A stretch of DNA of 64,000 bases, from NCBI RefSeq assembly GCF_009914755.1, contig NC_060945.1; one strand, written 5' to 3'. The stretch is from the human T2T-CHM13v2.0 reference genome, Homo sapiens. Positions 36,101 to 54,100 of this stretch are shown here, in pieces (the first letter of the stretch is position 1; each line of letters begins with the position of its first letter). The notes under the pieces were generated by a model, which was not told the DNA's origin, ran no database searches, and worked only from the letters and a program-made list of their open reading frames with translations. The translations under genes and the position numbers were made by a program.

Positions 36101-39100
36101 TATACAGTACATAAAATATCAAAGTACCCAAACTGTATATTATATACTGTACATAAAATATCAAATTACCCAAAATATATATTATGTACTGTACATAAAA
36201 TATGAAGGTACATCAAATATATATTATATTCTGTACATAAAATATCAAAGTACACCAAAATATATTATATACTGTACATAATATATTAAAGTCGCACATA
36301 TATATATTATATACTGTACATAATATATTAAGGTCGCCCAAATATATATTATATACTGTACATAAAATAAGAAGGTACATCAAATATATTTTATATTCTG
36401 TACATAAAATCTAAAAGTACACCAAATATGTTATATGCTGCACATAAAATATCAAAGTACCCAAAGTATGTATTATATACTGTACATAAAATACAAAAGT
36501 ACCCAAAATATGTATAATATTCTGTACATAAATTATGAAAGTACTGAAACATTTATAATAAACTGTACATAAAATAACAAACTAACCAAACTGTATATTA
36601 TACACTGTACATAAAATATCAAAGTACCCAAACTGTATATTATACGCTGTACATAAAATATCAAAGTACCCAAAGTATATATAATATACTGTACATAAAA
36701 TATCAAAGTACCCAAAGTATATATTATATACCGTACATGAAATATGAAGGTACATCAAATATATATATTATTCTGTACATAAAATATCACATTACACCAT
36801 ATATATATTATATACTGTACATAAAATATCAAAGTACCCAAAATATGTATAATATACTGTATATAAATTATGAAAGTACCCAAACATTTATACTAAACTG
36901 TACATAAAATAACAAAGTACTCAAACTATATATTATATACTGTACATAAAATATCAAAGTACTCCAACTGTATATTTTATACTGTACATAAAATATCAAA
37001 GTACCCAAAATATATATTATATACTGTATACAAAATATCAAAGTACCCAAAGTATGTATTATATACTGTACATAAAATATCAAATTACACCAAATATATA
37101 TTATATAGTGTACATAAAATATCAAAGTACCCGAAATATGTATAATATACTGTACATAAATTATGAAAGTACACAAACTTTTATAATAAACTGTACATAA
37201 AATAACAAAGTACCGAAACTATATATTATATACTGTACATAAAATATCCAAATACTCAAAATATATATTACATGCTGTACATAAAATATCAAAGTACCCA
37301 AAGTATGTATTATACACTGTACATAAAATATCAAAGTACCCAAAATATGTATAATATACTGTACATAAATTATGAAAGTACCCAAACATTTATAATAAAC
37401 TGTACATAAAATAACGTACTCAAACTATATATTCTATACAGTACATAAAATATCAAAGTACCCAAAATGTATATTATATACTGTACATAAAATATCAAAT
37501 TACCCAAAATATATATTATGTACTGTACATAAAATATGAAGGTACATCAAATATATATTATTTTCTGTACATAAAATATCAAAGTACACCAAAATATATT
37601 ATATACTGTACATAATATATTAAAGTCGCCTAAATATATATTATATACTGTACATAATATATTAAGGTTGCCGAAATATATATTATATACTGTAGATAAA
37701 ATAAGAAGGTACATCAAATATATTTTATATTCTGTACATAAAATCTGAAAGTACACCAAATATATGTTATATGCTGCACATAAAATATCAAAGTACCCAA
37801 AGTATGTATTATATACTGTACATAAAATACCAAAGTACCCAAAATATGTATAATATACTGTACATAAATTATGAAAGTACCCAAACATTTATAATAAACT
37901 GCACATAAAATAACAATGTACTCAAACTATATATTCTATACAGTACATAAAATATCAAAGTACCCAAACGTTATATTATATACTGTACATAAAATATCAA
38001 ATTACCCAAAATATATATTCTGTACTGTACATAAAATATGAAGGTACAACAAATATATATTATTTTCTGTACATAAAATATCAAAGTACACCAAAATATA
38101 TTATATACTGTACATAATATATTAAAGTCTCACAAATATATATTATATACTGTACATAATATATTAAGGTCGCCCAAATATATATTATATACTGTACATA
38201 AAATAAGAAGGTACATCAAATATATTTTCTGTACATAAAATCTGAAAGTACACCAAATATATGTTATATGCTGCACAGAAAATATCAAAGTACCCAAAGT
38301 ATGTATTATATACTGTACATAAAATACCAAAGTACCCAAAATATGTATAATATACTGTACATAAATTATGAAATTACCCAAACATTTATAATAAACTGTA
38401 CATAAAATAAACTACCCCAACTGTATATTATACACTGTACATAAAATATCAAAGTACCCAAACTGTATATTATACGCTGCACATAAAATATCAAAGTACC
38501 CAAAGTATATATAATATACTGTACATAAAATATCAAAGTACCCAAAGTATATATTATATACTGTACATAAAATATGAAGGTACATCAAATATATATATTA
38601 TTCTGTACATAAAATATCACATTACACCATATATATATTATATACTCTACATAAAATATCAAAGTACGCAAAATATATATAATATACTGTATGTAAATTA
38701 TGAAAGTACCCAAACATTTATAATAAACTGTACATAAAATAAAAAAGTACTCAAACTATATATTATATACTGTACATAAAATATCAAAGTATTCAAACTG
38801 TATATTATATACTGTACATAAAATATTAAAGTACCCAAAATATATATTATATTCTGTACATAAAATATCAAAGTACCCAAAGTATGTATTATATATTGTA
38901 CATAAAATATCAAACTATGCCAAATATATATTATATACTGTACATAAAATATCAAATTACCCAAAGTATGTATTTTATACTGTACATAAAATATCAAACT
39001 ACCCAAATTATGTATTATATACTGTACATAAAATATCAAATTACACCAAATATATATTATATACTGTACATAAAATATCAAAGTACCCAAAATATGTATA

Positions 39101-42100
39101 ATATAGTGTACATAAATTATGAAAGTACCCAAACATTTATAATAAACTGTTCATAAAATAACAAAGTACCCAAACTATATATTATATACTGTACATAAAA
39201 TATCAAAGTACCCAAACTGTATATTATATACTGTACACAAAATATCAAAGTACCGAAAATATATATTATGTACTATACATAAAATATGAGGGTATGTCAA
39301 ATATATATTATATTCTGTACATAAAATATCAAAGTACACCAAAATATATACTGTATATAATATATAAAAGTCACCCTACTATATACTGTACATAATATAA
39401 GGTCTCCCAACTATATATTATATACTGTACATAAAATATGAAGGTACATAAAATATATATTATATTCTGTACATAAAATCTGAAAGTACACCAAATATAT
39501 GTTATATGCCGCACATAAAATATCAAAGTACCCAAAGTATGTATTATATACTGTACATAAAATATCAAAGTACCCAATATATGTATAATATACTGTACAT
39601 AAATTATGAAAGTACCCAAGCATTTATAATAAACTGTACATAAAATAACAAACTACCCAAACTGTACATTGTATACTGTACATAAAATATCAAAGTACCC
39701 AAACTGTATATTATATGCTGCACATAAAATACCAAAGTATCCAAAATATATATTATATACTGTACATAAAATATCAAAGTACCCAAAGTATGTATTATAT
39801 ACTGTACATAAAATATCAAACTACGCCAAATATATATTATATACTGTATATAAAACATCAAATTACCCAAAGTATGTATTTTATACTGTACATAAAATAT
39901 CAAAGTACCCAAATTATGTATTATATACTGTACCTACAATATCAAATTACACCAAATATATATTATATACTGTACATAAAATATCAATGTACCCAAAATA
40001 TGTATAATATACTGTACATAAAATATGAAAGTACCCATTTATAATAATCTGTACATAAAATAATAAAGTACCCAAACTATATATTATATACTGTACATAA
40101 AATATCAAAGTACCCAAACTGTATATTATATACTGTACATAAAATATCAAAGTACCGAAAATATATATTATATTCTGTACATAAAATATCAAAGTACACC
40201 AAAATATATACTGTACATAATATATTAAAGTCACCCAAGTATATATTATATACTGTACATAATATATTAAGGTCTCCCAAATATATATTGTATACTGTAC
40301 ATAAAATATGAAGGTACATAAAATATATATTATATTCTGTACATAAAATCCGAAAGTACACCAAATATATGTTATATGCTGCACATAAAATATCAAAGTA
40401 CCCAAAGTATGTATTATATACTGTACATAAAATACCAAAGTACCCAAAATATGTATAATATACTGTACATAAATTATGAAAGTACCCAAACATTTATAAT
40501 AAACTGTACATAAAATAACAATGTACTCAAACTATATATTCTATACAGTACATAAAATATCAAAGTACCCAAACTTCATATTATATACTGTACATAAAAT
40601 ATCAAATTACCCAAAATATATATTATGTACTGTACATAAAATATGAAGGTACATCAAATATATATTATTTTCTGTACATAAAATATCAAAGTGCACCAAA
40701 GTATATTATATACTGTACATAATATATTAAAGTCGCACAAATATATATTATATACTGTACATAAAAGAAGAAGGTACATCAAATATATTTTATATTCTGT
40801 ACATAAAATCTGAAAGTACACCAAATATATGTTATATGCTGCACATAAAATATCAAAGTACCCAAAGTATGTATTATATACTGTACATAAAATACCAAAG
40901 TACCCAAAATATGTATAATATACTGTACATAAATTATGAAATTACCCAAACATTTATAATAAACTGTACATAAAATAACAAACTACCCCAACTGTATATT
41001 ATACACTGTATATAAAATATCAAAGTACCCAAACTGTATATTATACGCTGCACATAAAATATCAAAGTACCCAAAGTATATATAATATACTGTACATAAA
41101 ATATCAAAGTACCCAAGTATATATTATATACTGTACATAAAATATGAAGGTACATCAAATATATATATTATTCTGTACATAAAATATCACATTACACCAT
41201 ATATATATTATATACTGTACATAAAATATCAAAGTACCCAAAATATGTATAATATACTGTATATAAATTATGAAAGTACCCAAACCTTTATAATAAAGTG
41301 TACATAAAATAACAAAGTACTCAAACTATATATTATATACTGTACATAAAGTATCAAAGTACGCAAACTGTATATTATACACTGTACATAAAATATCAAA
41401 GTACCCAAAATATATATTATATACTGTATATAAAATATCAAAGTACCCAAAGTATGTATTATATACTGTACATAAAATATCAAACTATGCCAAATATATA
41501 TTATGTACTGTACATAAAACATCAAATTACCCAAAGTATGTATTTTATACTGTACATAAAATATCAAAGTACCCAAAGTATGTATTATATACTGTACATA
41601 AAATATCAAATTACAACAAATATATATTATATACTGTACATAAAATATCAAAGTACCCAAAATATGTATAATATACTGTACATAAATTATGAAAGTACCC
41701 AAACATTTATAATAAACTGTACATAAAATAACAACGTACTCAATCTATATATTCTATACAGTACAAAAAATATCAAAGTACCCAAACTGTATATTATATA
41801 CTGTACATAAAATATTAAATTACCCAAAATATATATTATGTACTGTACATAAAATATGAAGGTACATCAAATATATATTATATTCTGTACATAAAATATC
41901 AAAGTACACCAAAATATATTATATACTGTACATAATATATTAAACTCACGCAAATATATATTATATACTGTACATAATATATTAAGGTCGCCCAAATATA
42001 TATTATATACTGTACATAAAATATGAAGGAACATCAAATATATTTTTTATTCTGTACATAAAATCAGAAAGTACACCAAATATATGTTATATGCTGCACA

Positions 42101-45100
42101 TAAAATATCAAAGTATCCAAAGTATGTATTATATACTGTACATAAAATATCAAAGTACCCAAAATATGTATAATATACTGTACATAAATTATGAAAGTAC
42201 CCAAACATTTATAATAAACTATACATAAAATAACAAACTACCCAAACTGTATATTATACACTGTACATAAAATATCAAAGTACCCAAACTGTATATTATA
42301 TGCTGCACATAAATTATCAAAGTACCCAAAGTATATATAATATACTGTACATAAAATATCAAAGTACCCAAAGTATATATTATATACTGTACATAAAATA
42401 TGAAGGTACATCAAATATATATATTATTCTGTACATAAAATATCACAATACACCAAATATATATTATATACTGTACGTAAAATATCAAAGTACCCAAAAT
42501 ATGTATAATATACTGTATATAAATTGTGAAAGTACCCAAACCTTTATAATAAACTGTACATAAAATAACAAAGTACTCAAACTATATATTATATACTGTA
42601 TATAAAATATCAAAGTACTCAAACTGTATATTATATACTGTACATAAAATATCAAAGTACCCAAAATATATATTATATACTGTACATAAAATATAAAAGT
42701 ACCCAAAGTATGTATTTTATACTGTACATAAGATATCAAACTACGCCAAATATGTATTATATACTGTACATAAAATATCAAATTACCCAAAGTATGTATT
42801 TTATACTGTACATAAAATATCAAAGTACCCAAACTATGTATTATATACCGTATATAAAATATCAAATTACACCAAATATATATTATATACTGTACATAAA
42901 ATATCAAAGTACCCAAAATATGTATAATATACTGTACATAAATTATGAAAGTACCCAAATATTTATAATAAACTGTACATAAAATAACAAAGTACCCAAA
43001 CTATATATTACATACTTTACATAAAATATCAAAGTACCCAAATTGTATATTATATACTGTACATGAAATATCAAAGTACCGAAAATATATATTACGTACT
43101 GTGCATAAAATATGAAGGTACATCAAATATATATTATATTCTGTACATAAAATATCAAAGTACACCAAAATATATTATATACCGTACATAATATATTAAA
43201 GTCGCCCAAATATATATTATATACTGTACATAATATATTATGGTCTCCCAAATATATGTTATATACTGTACATAAAATATGAAGGTACATCAAATATATA
43301 TTATATTGTGTACATAAAATATCAAAGTACACATAATATATATTATATTCTGTACAGAAAATATCAAAGTACACCAAAACATATTATATACTGTACATAA
43401 TATATTAAATTCCTGCAAATATATATTATATACTGTACATAAAATATAAAAGTATTCAAAATATGTATAATATACTGTACATAAAATATGAAAGTACCCA
43501 AACATTTATAATAAACTGTACATAAAATAACAAAGTACTCAAACTATATATTGTATACAGTACATAAAATATCAAAGTACCCAAACTGTATATTATATAC
43601 TGTACAGAAAATATCAAAGTATCCAAAATATATATTATGTACTTTACATAAAATATGGAGGTACATCAAATATATATTATATCCTGTACATAAAATATCA
43701 AAGTACCCAAAGTATGTATTATATACTGTACATAAAATATCAAAGTACCCAAAGTATATATTATATACTGTACATAAAATATCAAAGTACCCAAATTATG
43801 TATTATATACTGTACGTAAAATATCAGAGTACACAAAATATGCATTATATACTGTACATAAAATATGAAAGTAACCAAACATTTATAATAAACTATACAT
43901 AAAATATCAAAGTACTCAAACTATATATCATATACTGTACATAAAATATCAAAGTACCCAAACTGTGTATTATTATATACTGTATATAAAATATCAAAGT
44001 ACCTGAAATATATATTGTATACTGTACATAAAATATCAAAGTACCAAAGTATCTATTATATACTGTACATAAAATATAAACTACCCCAAATATATATTAT
44101 ATGCTGTATATAAAATATCAAAGTACACAAATTATGTATTATATGCTGTACATAAAATATCAAGGTACCCAAAATATATATTGTAAACTGTAGATAAAAT
44201 ATCAAAGTACCCAAAATATATATTATATATTGTACATAAAATATGAAGGCACATCCAATATATATTATATTCTGTACATAAAATATCAAAGTACACCAAA
44301 TGTATATTATATACTGTACATAAAATATCAAAGTACCCAAAGTGTATATTATATACTGTACATAAAATATGAAGTTTCAACAAATATATTTTATATTCTG
44401 TACATAAAATATCAAAGTACCCAAATTATGTATTATATACTGTACGTAAAATATCAGAGTACCCAAAATATGCATTATATACTGTACATAAAATATGAAA
44501 GTAACAAAAAATTTATAATAAACTGTACATAAAATATCAAAGTACTCAAACTATATATCATATACTGTACATAAAATATCAAAGTACACAAACTGTGTAT
44601 TATTATATACTGTATATAAAATATCAAAGTACCTGAAATATATATTGTATACTGTACATAAAATATCAAAGTACCCAAAGTATCTATTATATACTGTACA
44701 TAAAATATAAACTACCCCAAATATATATTATATGCTGTATATAAAATATCAAAGTACACAAAATATGTATTATATGCTGTACATAAAATATCAAGGTACC
44801 CAAAATATATATTTTAAACTGTAGATAAAATATCAAAGTACCCAAAATATATATTATATATTGTACATAAAATATGAAGGCACATCCAATATATATTATA
44901 TTCTGTACATAAAATATCAAAGTACACCAAATGTATATTATATACTGTACATAAAATATCAAAGTACCCAAAGTGTATATTATATACTGTACATAAAATA
45001 TGAAGTTTCATCAAATATATTTTATATTCTGTACATAAAATATCAAAGTACCCAAATTATGTATTATATACTGTACGTAAAATATCAGAGTACCCAAAAT

Positions 45101-48100
45101 ATGCATTATATACTGTACATAAAATATGAAAGTAACAAAACATTTATAATAAACTGTACATAAAATATCAAAGTACTCAAACTATATATCATATACTGTA
45201 CATAAAATATCAAAGTACCCAAACTGTGTATTATTATATACTGTATATAAAATATCAAAGTACCTGAAATATATATTGTTTACTGTACATAAAATATCAA
45301 AGTACCCAAAATATATACTATATACTGTACATAAAATATGAAGGTACATCAAATATATATTATATCCTGTACATAAAATATCAAAGTACACCTATTTGAT
45401 ATTGTGTACTGTACATAATATATTAAATCACCCAAATATATATTGTATACTGTATATAAAATATGAAGGTACTTCTAATATATATTATATGTTGCACATA
45501 AAATATCAAAGTACCCAAAGTATGCATTACATACTGTACATAAAATATCAAAGTACACAAATTATATATTATATAATGTACATAAAATATGAAGGTTCAT
45601 CAAATATATTTTATATTCTGTACATAATATATCAAAGTACATCAAATATATATTATATACGGTACATAAAATATCAAAGTACCCAAAATATGTATAATTT
45701 ACTGTACATAAAATATGAAAGTAACCAAACATTTATAATAAACTGTACATAAAATATCAAAGTACTCAATCTACATATTATATACAGTATATAAAATATC
45801 AAAGTACACAAACTGTATATTATATACTATACATAATATATCAAAGTACCCAGAATATATAGCATACTGTACATAAAATATCAAAGTACCCAAAATATAT
45901 ATTGTATTCTGTACACAAAATATGAAGGTACATCAAAGATATATTATATTCTGTACATAAAATGTCAAAGTACACCAAATATATATTAAATGCTGTACAT
46001 AATATATTAAAGTTGCCCATATATACATTATATACTGTACATAAAGTATGCACGTACATCAAATATATAGTATATGCTGCACATAAAATATCAAAGTACC
46101 CAAAGTATGTATTATACACTGTACATAAAATATCAAAGTACCAAAACTATATATTACATACTGTAAATAAAATATGAAGGTACCTCAAATATACATTATA
46201 TTCTGTACATAAAATATCAAAGTACACCAAGTATATACTATATAATCTGCATAAAATATTAAATTACCCAAAATATGTATTGTATTGTGTACATAAAATA
46301 TGAAAGTAACCAAACATTTATAATAAACTCTACATAAAATATCAAAGTACTCAAACTGTATATTATATACTGTACATAAAGTATCAAAGTACCCAAACTG
46401 TGTAGTATATACTGTACATAAAATATCAAGGTACCCAAGATATATATTGTAAACTGTAGATAAAATGTCAAAGTACCCAAAATATATACTATATACTGTA
46501 CATAAAATATGAAGGCACATCCAATATATATTATATTCTGTACATAAAATATCAAAGTACACCAAATGTATATTATACACTGTACATAAATTATAAAAGT
46601 ACCCCAAATATATATTATATACTCTACATAAAATATCAAAGTACCCAAAATATATATTATATACTGTACATAAAATATCAAAGTACCCATAGTATGTATT
46701 ATATCCTGTACATAAAATATGAAGGTACATCAAATATATATTCTATTCTGCACATAAAATATCATATTACAACAAATATATATTGTATACTGTATATAAA
46801 ATATGAAGGTACTTCAAATATATATTATATGCTTCACATAAAATATCAAAGTACCCAAAGTATGCATTATATACTGTACATAAAATATCAAAGTACCCAA
46901 AGTGTATATTATATACTGTACATAAAATATGAAGGTTCATCAAATATATTTTATATTCTGCACATAATATATCAAAGTACATCAAATATATATTATATAC
47001 TGTACATAAAATATGAAAGTATCAAAAATATGTATTATATACTGTACATAAAATATGAAAGTAACCAAATATTTATAATAAACTCTACATAAAATATCAA
47101 AGTACTCAAACTACATATTATATACAGTATATAAAATATCAAAGTACCCAAACTGTATATTATATACTGTACATACTATATCAAAGTACCCGAATATATA
47201 GCATACTGTACATAAAATATCAAAGTACCCAAAATATATATTGTATACTGTACATGAAATATGATGGTACATCAAAGATATATTCTGTACATAAAATATC
47301 AAAGTACACCAAATATATATTATATGCTGTACATAATATATTAAAGTTGACCAAATATATATTACATACTGTACATAAAATATGAAGGTACATCAAATAT
47401 ATATTATATGCTGCACATAAAATATCAAAGTACCCAAAGTATGTGTTATATACTGTAAATAAAATATCAAAGTACCCAAAGTATATATTATATACTGTAC
47501 ATAAAATATAAAATACCCCAAATATATATTTTATGCTATACATAAAATATCAAAGTACACAAAATATGTATTATATACTGAGCATAAAATATCAAAGGAC
47601 CCAAAATATATATTATATACTGTACATAAAATATCAAAATACCCAAAATATATATTATATACTGTACATAAAATACCAAAGTACCCAAAGTATATATTAT
47701 ATACCGTACAAAAAATATCAAAGTAGCCAAAATATGTATTATACACTGTACATAATATATGAAAGTACCCAAACATTTATAATAAACTGTACATAAAATA
47801 TCAATGTACTCAAACTATATATTATGTGCGGTACATAAGATATCAAAGTACCCATACTATATAGTATGTACTGTACTTAAAATATCAAAATACCCAAAAT
47901 ATATATTATATACGTTACATAAACTATCAAATACACAAAGTATGTATTATATACTGTACATAAAATAGCAAAGTTCCCAAAATATGTATTATATACTGTA
48001 CATAAAATATGAAAGTACCCAACCATTTATAATAAACTCTACATAAAATACCAAAGTACCCAAACTGTGTATTATATACTGTCCATAAATTATCAAAGTA

Positions 48101-51100
48101 CCCAAAATATATATTGAAAACTGTACATAAAATATCAAAGTAGCCAAAATGTATATTGTATACTGTACATAAAATATAAACGTACCCCAAATATATATTA
48201 TATACTGTACATAAAATATCAAAGTACCCATAATACATATTATATACTGTACATAAAATATCAAAGGACCCAAAATAAACATTATATACTGTACATAAAA
48301 TATCCAAATACTCAAAATATATATTACATACTGTACATAAAATATCAAAGTACCCAAATTATGTATTATATACTGTACGTAAAATATCAGAGTACCCAAA
48401 ATATGCATTGTATACTGTACATAAAATATGAAAGTAGCAAAACATTTATAATAAACTGTACATAAAATATCAAAGTACTAAAACTATATATCATGTACTG
48501 TACATAAAATATCAAAGTACCCAAACTGTGTATTATTATATACTGTCCATAAAATATCAAAGTACCTAAAATATTTATTGCATACTGTACATAAAATATC
48601 AAAGTACCCAAAATATATACTATATACTGTACATAAAATATGAAGGTACATCAAATATATATTATATCCTGTACATAAAATATCAAAGTACACCTATTAT
48701 ATATTGTGTACTGTACATAATATATTAAATCACCCAAATATATATTGTATACTGTATATAAAATATGAAGTTACTTCAAATATATATTATATGCCGCACA
48801 TAAAATATCAAAGTACCCATAGTATGCATTACATACTGTACATAAAATATCAAAGTACACAAATTATATATTATATAATGTACATAAAATATGAAGGTTC
48901 ATAAAATATACTTTATATTCTGTACATAATATATCAAAGTACATCAAATATATATTATATACGGTACATAAAATATCAAAGTACCCAAAATATGTATTAT
49001 TTACTGTACATATAATATGAAAGTAACCAAACATTTATAATAAACTGTACATGAAATATCAAAGTACTCAATCTACATATTATATACAGTATATAAAATA
49101 TCAAAGTACACAAACTGTATATTATATACTGTACATAATATATCAAAGTACCCAGAATATAGAGCATACTGTACATAAAATATCAAAGTACCCAAAATGT
49201 ATATTGTATGCTGTACATAAAATATGAAGGTACATCAAAGATATATTATATTCTGTACATAAAATATCAAAGTACACCAAATATATATTATGTGCTGTAC
49301 ATAATATATTAAAGTTACCCATGTATATATTTTATACTGTACATAAAATATGAAGGTACATCAAATATATAGTATATGCTGCACATAAAATATCAAAGTA
49401 CCCAAAGTATGTATTATATACTGTACATAAAATATCAAAGTACCAAAAGTATATATTACTTACTGTAAATAAAATATGAAAGTACCTCAAATATATATTA
49501 TATTCTGTACATAAAATATCAAAGTAGACCAACTATATACTATATACTCTACATAAAATATTAAATTACCCGACATATGTATTGTATTGTGTACATAAAA
49601 TATGAAAGTAACCAAACATTTATAATAAACTGTACATAAAATATCAAAGTACTCAAACTGTATATTATATACTGTACATAAAGTATCAAACTACCCAAAC
49701 TGTGTAGTATATACTGTACATAAAATATCAAGGTACCCAAAATGTATACTGTAAACTGTAGATAAAATATCAAAGCACCCAAAATATATATTATATACTG
49801 TACATAAAATATGAAGGCACATCCAATATATATTATATTCTGTACATAAAATATCAAAGTACACCAAATGTATATTATATACTATACATAAAATACAAAA
49901 GTACCCCAAATATATATTATCTACTCTACATAAAATATCAAAGTACCCAAAATATATATTATATACTGTACATAAAATATCAAAGTACCCATAGTATGTA
50001 TTATATCCTGTACATAAAATATGAAGGTACATCAAATATATATTCTATTCTGCACATAAAATATCATATTACACCAAATATATATTGTATACTGTATATA
50101 AAATATGAAGGTACTTCAAATATATATTATATGCTGCACATAAAATATCAAAGTACCCAAAGTATGCATTATATACTGTACATAAAATATCAAAGTACCC
50201 AAAGTGTATATTATACACTGGACATAAAATATGAAGGTTCATCAAATACATTTTATATTCTGCACATAATATATCAAAGTACATCAAATATATATTATAT
50301 ACTGTACATAAAATATCAAAGTACCAAAAATATGTATTATATACTGTACATAAAATATGAAAGTAACCAAATATTTATAATAAACTCTACATAAAATATC
50401 AAAGTACTCAAACTACATATTATATACAGTATATAAAATATCAAAGTACCCAAACTGTATATTATATACTGTACATACTATATCAAAGTACCCAAATATA
50501 TAGCATACTGTACATAAAATATCAAAGTACCCATAATATATATTGTATACTGTACATGAAATATGAGGGTACATCAAAGATATATTATATTCTGTACATA
50601 AAATATCAAAGTACACCAAATATATATGATATGCTGTACATAATATATTAAAGTCGAACAAATATATATTACATACTGTATATAAAATATGAAGGTACAT
50701 CAAATATATATTATATGCTGCACATAAAATATCAAAGTACCCAAAGTATGTATTATATACTGTACATAAAATACCAAAGTACCCAAAGTATATATTATAT
50801 ACCGTACAAAAAATATCAAAGTAGCCAAAATATGTATTGTACACTGTACATAATATATGAAAGTACCCAAACATTTATAATAAACTGTACATAAAATATC
50901 AATGTACTCAAACTATATATTATGTGCGGTACATAAGATATCAAAGTACCCATACTATATAGTATGTACTGTACTTAAAATGTCAAAATACCCAAAATAT
51001 ATATTATATACGTTACATAAACTATCAAATACACAAAGTATGTATTATATACTGTACATAAAATAGCAAAGTTCCCAAAATATGTATTATATACTGTACA

Positions 51101-54100
51101 TAAAATATGAAAGTACCCAACCATTTATAATAAACTCTACATAAAATACCAAAGTACCCAAACTGTGTATTATATACTGTCCATAAATTATCAAAGTACC
51201 CAAAATATATATTGAAAACTGTACATAAAATATCAAAGTAGCCAAAATGTATATTGTATACTGTACATAAAATATAAACATACCCCAAATATATATTATA
51301 TACTGTACATAAAACATCAAAGTACCCATAATACATATTATATACTGTACATAAAATATCAAAGGACCCAAAATAAACATTATATACTGTACATAAAATA
51401 TCCAAATACTCAAAATATATATTACATACTGTACATAAAATATCAAAGTACCCAAATTATGTATTATATACTGTACGTAAAATATCAGAGTACCCAAAAT
51501 ATGCATTGTATACTGTACATAAAATATGAAAGTAGCAAAACATTTATAATAAACCGTACATAAAATATCAAAGTACTAAAACTATATATCATATACTGTA
51601 CATAAAATATCAAAGTACCCAAACTGTGTATTATTATATACTGTCCATAAAATATCAAAGTACCTAAAATATATATTGCATACTGTACATAAAATATCAA
51701 AGTACCCAAAATATATACTATATACTGTACATAAAATATGAAGGTACATCAAATATATATTATATCCTGTACATAAAATATCAAAGTACACCTATTATAT
51801 ATTGTGTACTGTACATAATATATTAAATCACCCAAATATATATTGTATACTGTATATAAAATATGAAGGTACTTCAAATATATATTATATGCTGCACATA
51901 AAATATCAAAGTACCCAAAGTATGCATTACATACTGTACATAAAATATCAAAGTACACAAATTATATATTATATAATGTACATAAAATATGAAGGTTCAT
52001 AAAATATACTTTATATTCTGTACATAATATATCAAAGTACATCAAATATATATTATATACGGTACATAAAATATCAAAGTACCCAAAATATGTATTATTT
52101 ACTGTACATAAAATATGAAAGTAACCAAACATTTATAATAAACTGTACATAAAATATCAAAGTACTCAATCTACATATTATATACAGTATATAAAATATC
52201 AAAGTACACAAACTGTATATTATATACTGTACATAATATATCAAAGTACCCAGAATATATAGCATACTGTACATAAAATATCAAATTACCCAAAATATAT
52301 ATTGTATACTGTACATAAAATATAAAGGTACATCAAAGATATATTATATTCTGTACATAAAATATCAAATTACACCAAATATATATTATATGCTGTACCT
52401 AATATATTAAAGTTGCCCATATATACATTATATACTGTACATAAAATATGAACGTACATCAAATATATAGTATATGCTGCACATAAAATATCAAAGTACC
52501 CAAAGTATGTATTATACACTGTACATAAAATATCAAAGTACCAAAAGTATATATTACATACTGTAAATAAAATATGAAGGTACCTCAAATATATATTAAA
52601 TTCTGTACATAAAATATCAAAGTCCACCAAGTATATACTATATACTCTGCAGAAAATATTAAATTACCCAAAATATGTATTGTATTGTGTACATAAAATA
52701 TGAAAGTAACCAAACATTTATAATAAACTGTACATAAAGTATCAAAGTACTCAAACTACATATTATATACAGTATATAAAATGTCAAAGTACCCAAACTG
52801 TATATTATATACTGTACATAATATATCAAAGTACCCAAATATATAGCATACTGTACATAAAATATCAAAGTACCCAAAATATATATTGTATACTGTACAT
52901 AAAATATGAAGGTACATCAAAGATATATTATATTCTGTACATAACATATCAAAGTACACCAAATATATATTATATGCTGTACATAATATATTAAAGTCGA
53001 CCAAATATATATTACATACTGTACATAAAATATGAAGGTACATCAAATATATATTATATGCTGCACATAAAATATCAAAGTACCCAAAGTATGTATTATA
53101 TACTGTACATAAAATATCAAAGTACCCAAAGTATATATTATATACTGTACATAAAATATAAAATACCCCAAATATATATTATATGCTGTACATAAAATAT
53201 CAAAGTACACAAAATATGTATTATGTAGTGTACATACAATATCAAAGGACCCAAAATATATATTATATACTGTACATAAAATATCAAAATACCCAAAATA
53301 TATATTATATACTGTACATAAAATACCAAAGTACCCAAAGTATATATTATATACCATAGAAAAAATATCAAAGTAGCCAAAATATGTATTATACACTGTA
53401 CATAATATATGAAAGTACCCAAACATTTATAATAAACTGTACATAAAATATCAATGTACTCAAACTATGTATTATGTGCGGTACATAACATATCAAAGTA
53501 CCCATACTATATAGTATATACTGTACATAAAATATCAAAGGTCCCAAAATAAACATTATATACTGTACATAAAATATCCAAATACCCAAAATATATATTA
53601 CATACTGTACATAAAATATCAAAGTACCCAAATTATGTATTATATACTGTACGTAAAATATCAGAGTACCCAAAATATGCATTATATACTGTACATAAAA
53701 TATGAAAGTAACAAAACATTTATAATAAACTGTACATAAAATATCAAAGTACTAAAACTATATATCATATACTGTACATAAAATATCAAAGTACCCAAAC
53801 TGTGTATTATTATATACTGTCCATAAAATATCAAAGTACCTGAAATATGTATTGCATACTGTACATAAAATATCAAAGTACCCAAAATATATACTATATA
53901 CTGTACATAAAATATGAAGGTACATCAAATATATATTATATCCTGTACATAAAATATCAAAGTACACCTATTATATATTGTGTACTGTACATAATATATT
54001 AAATCACCCAAATATATATTGTATACTGTATATAAAATATGAAGGTACTTCAAATATATATTATATGCTGCACATAAAATATCAAAGTACCCAAAGTATG

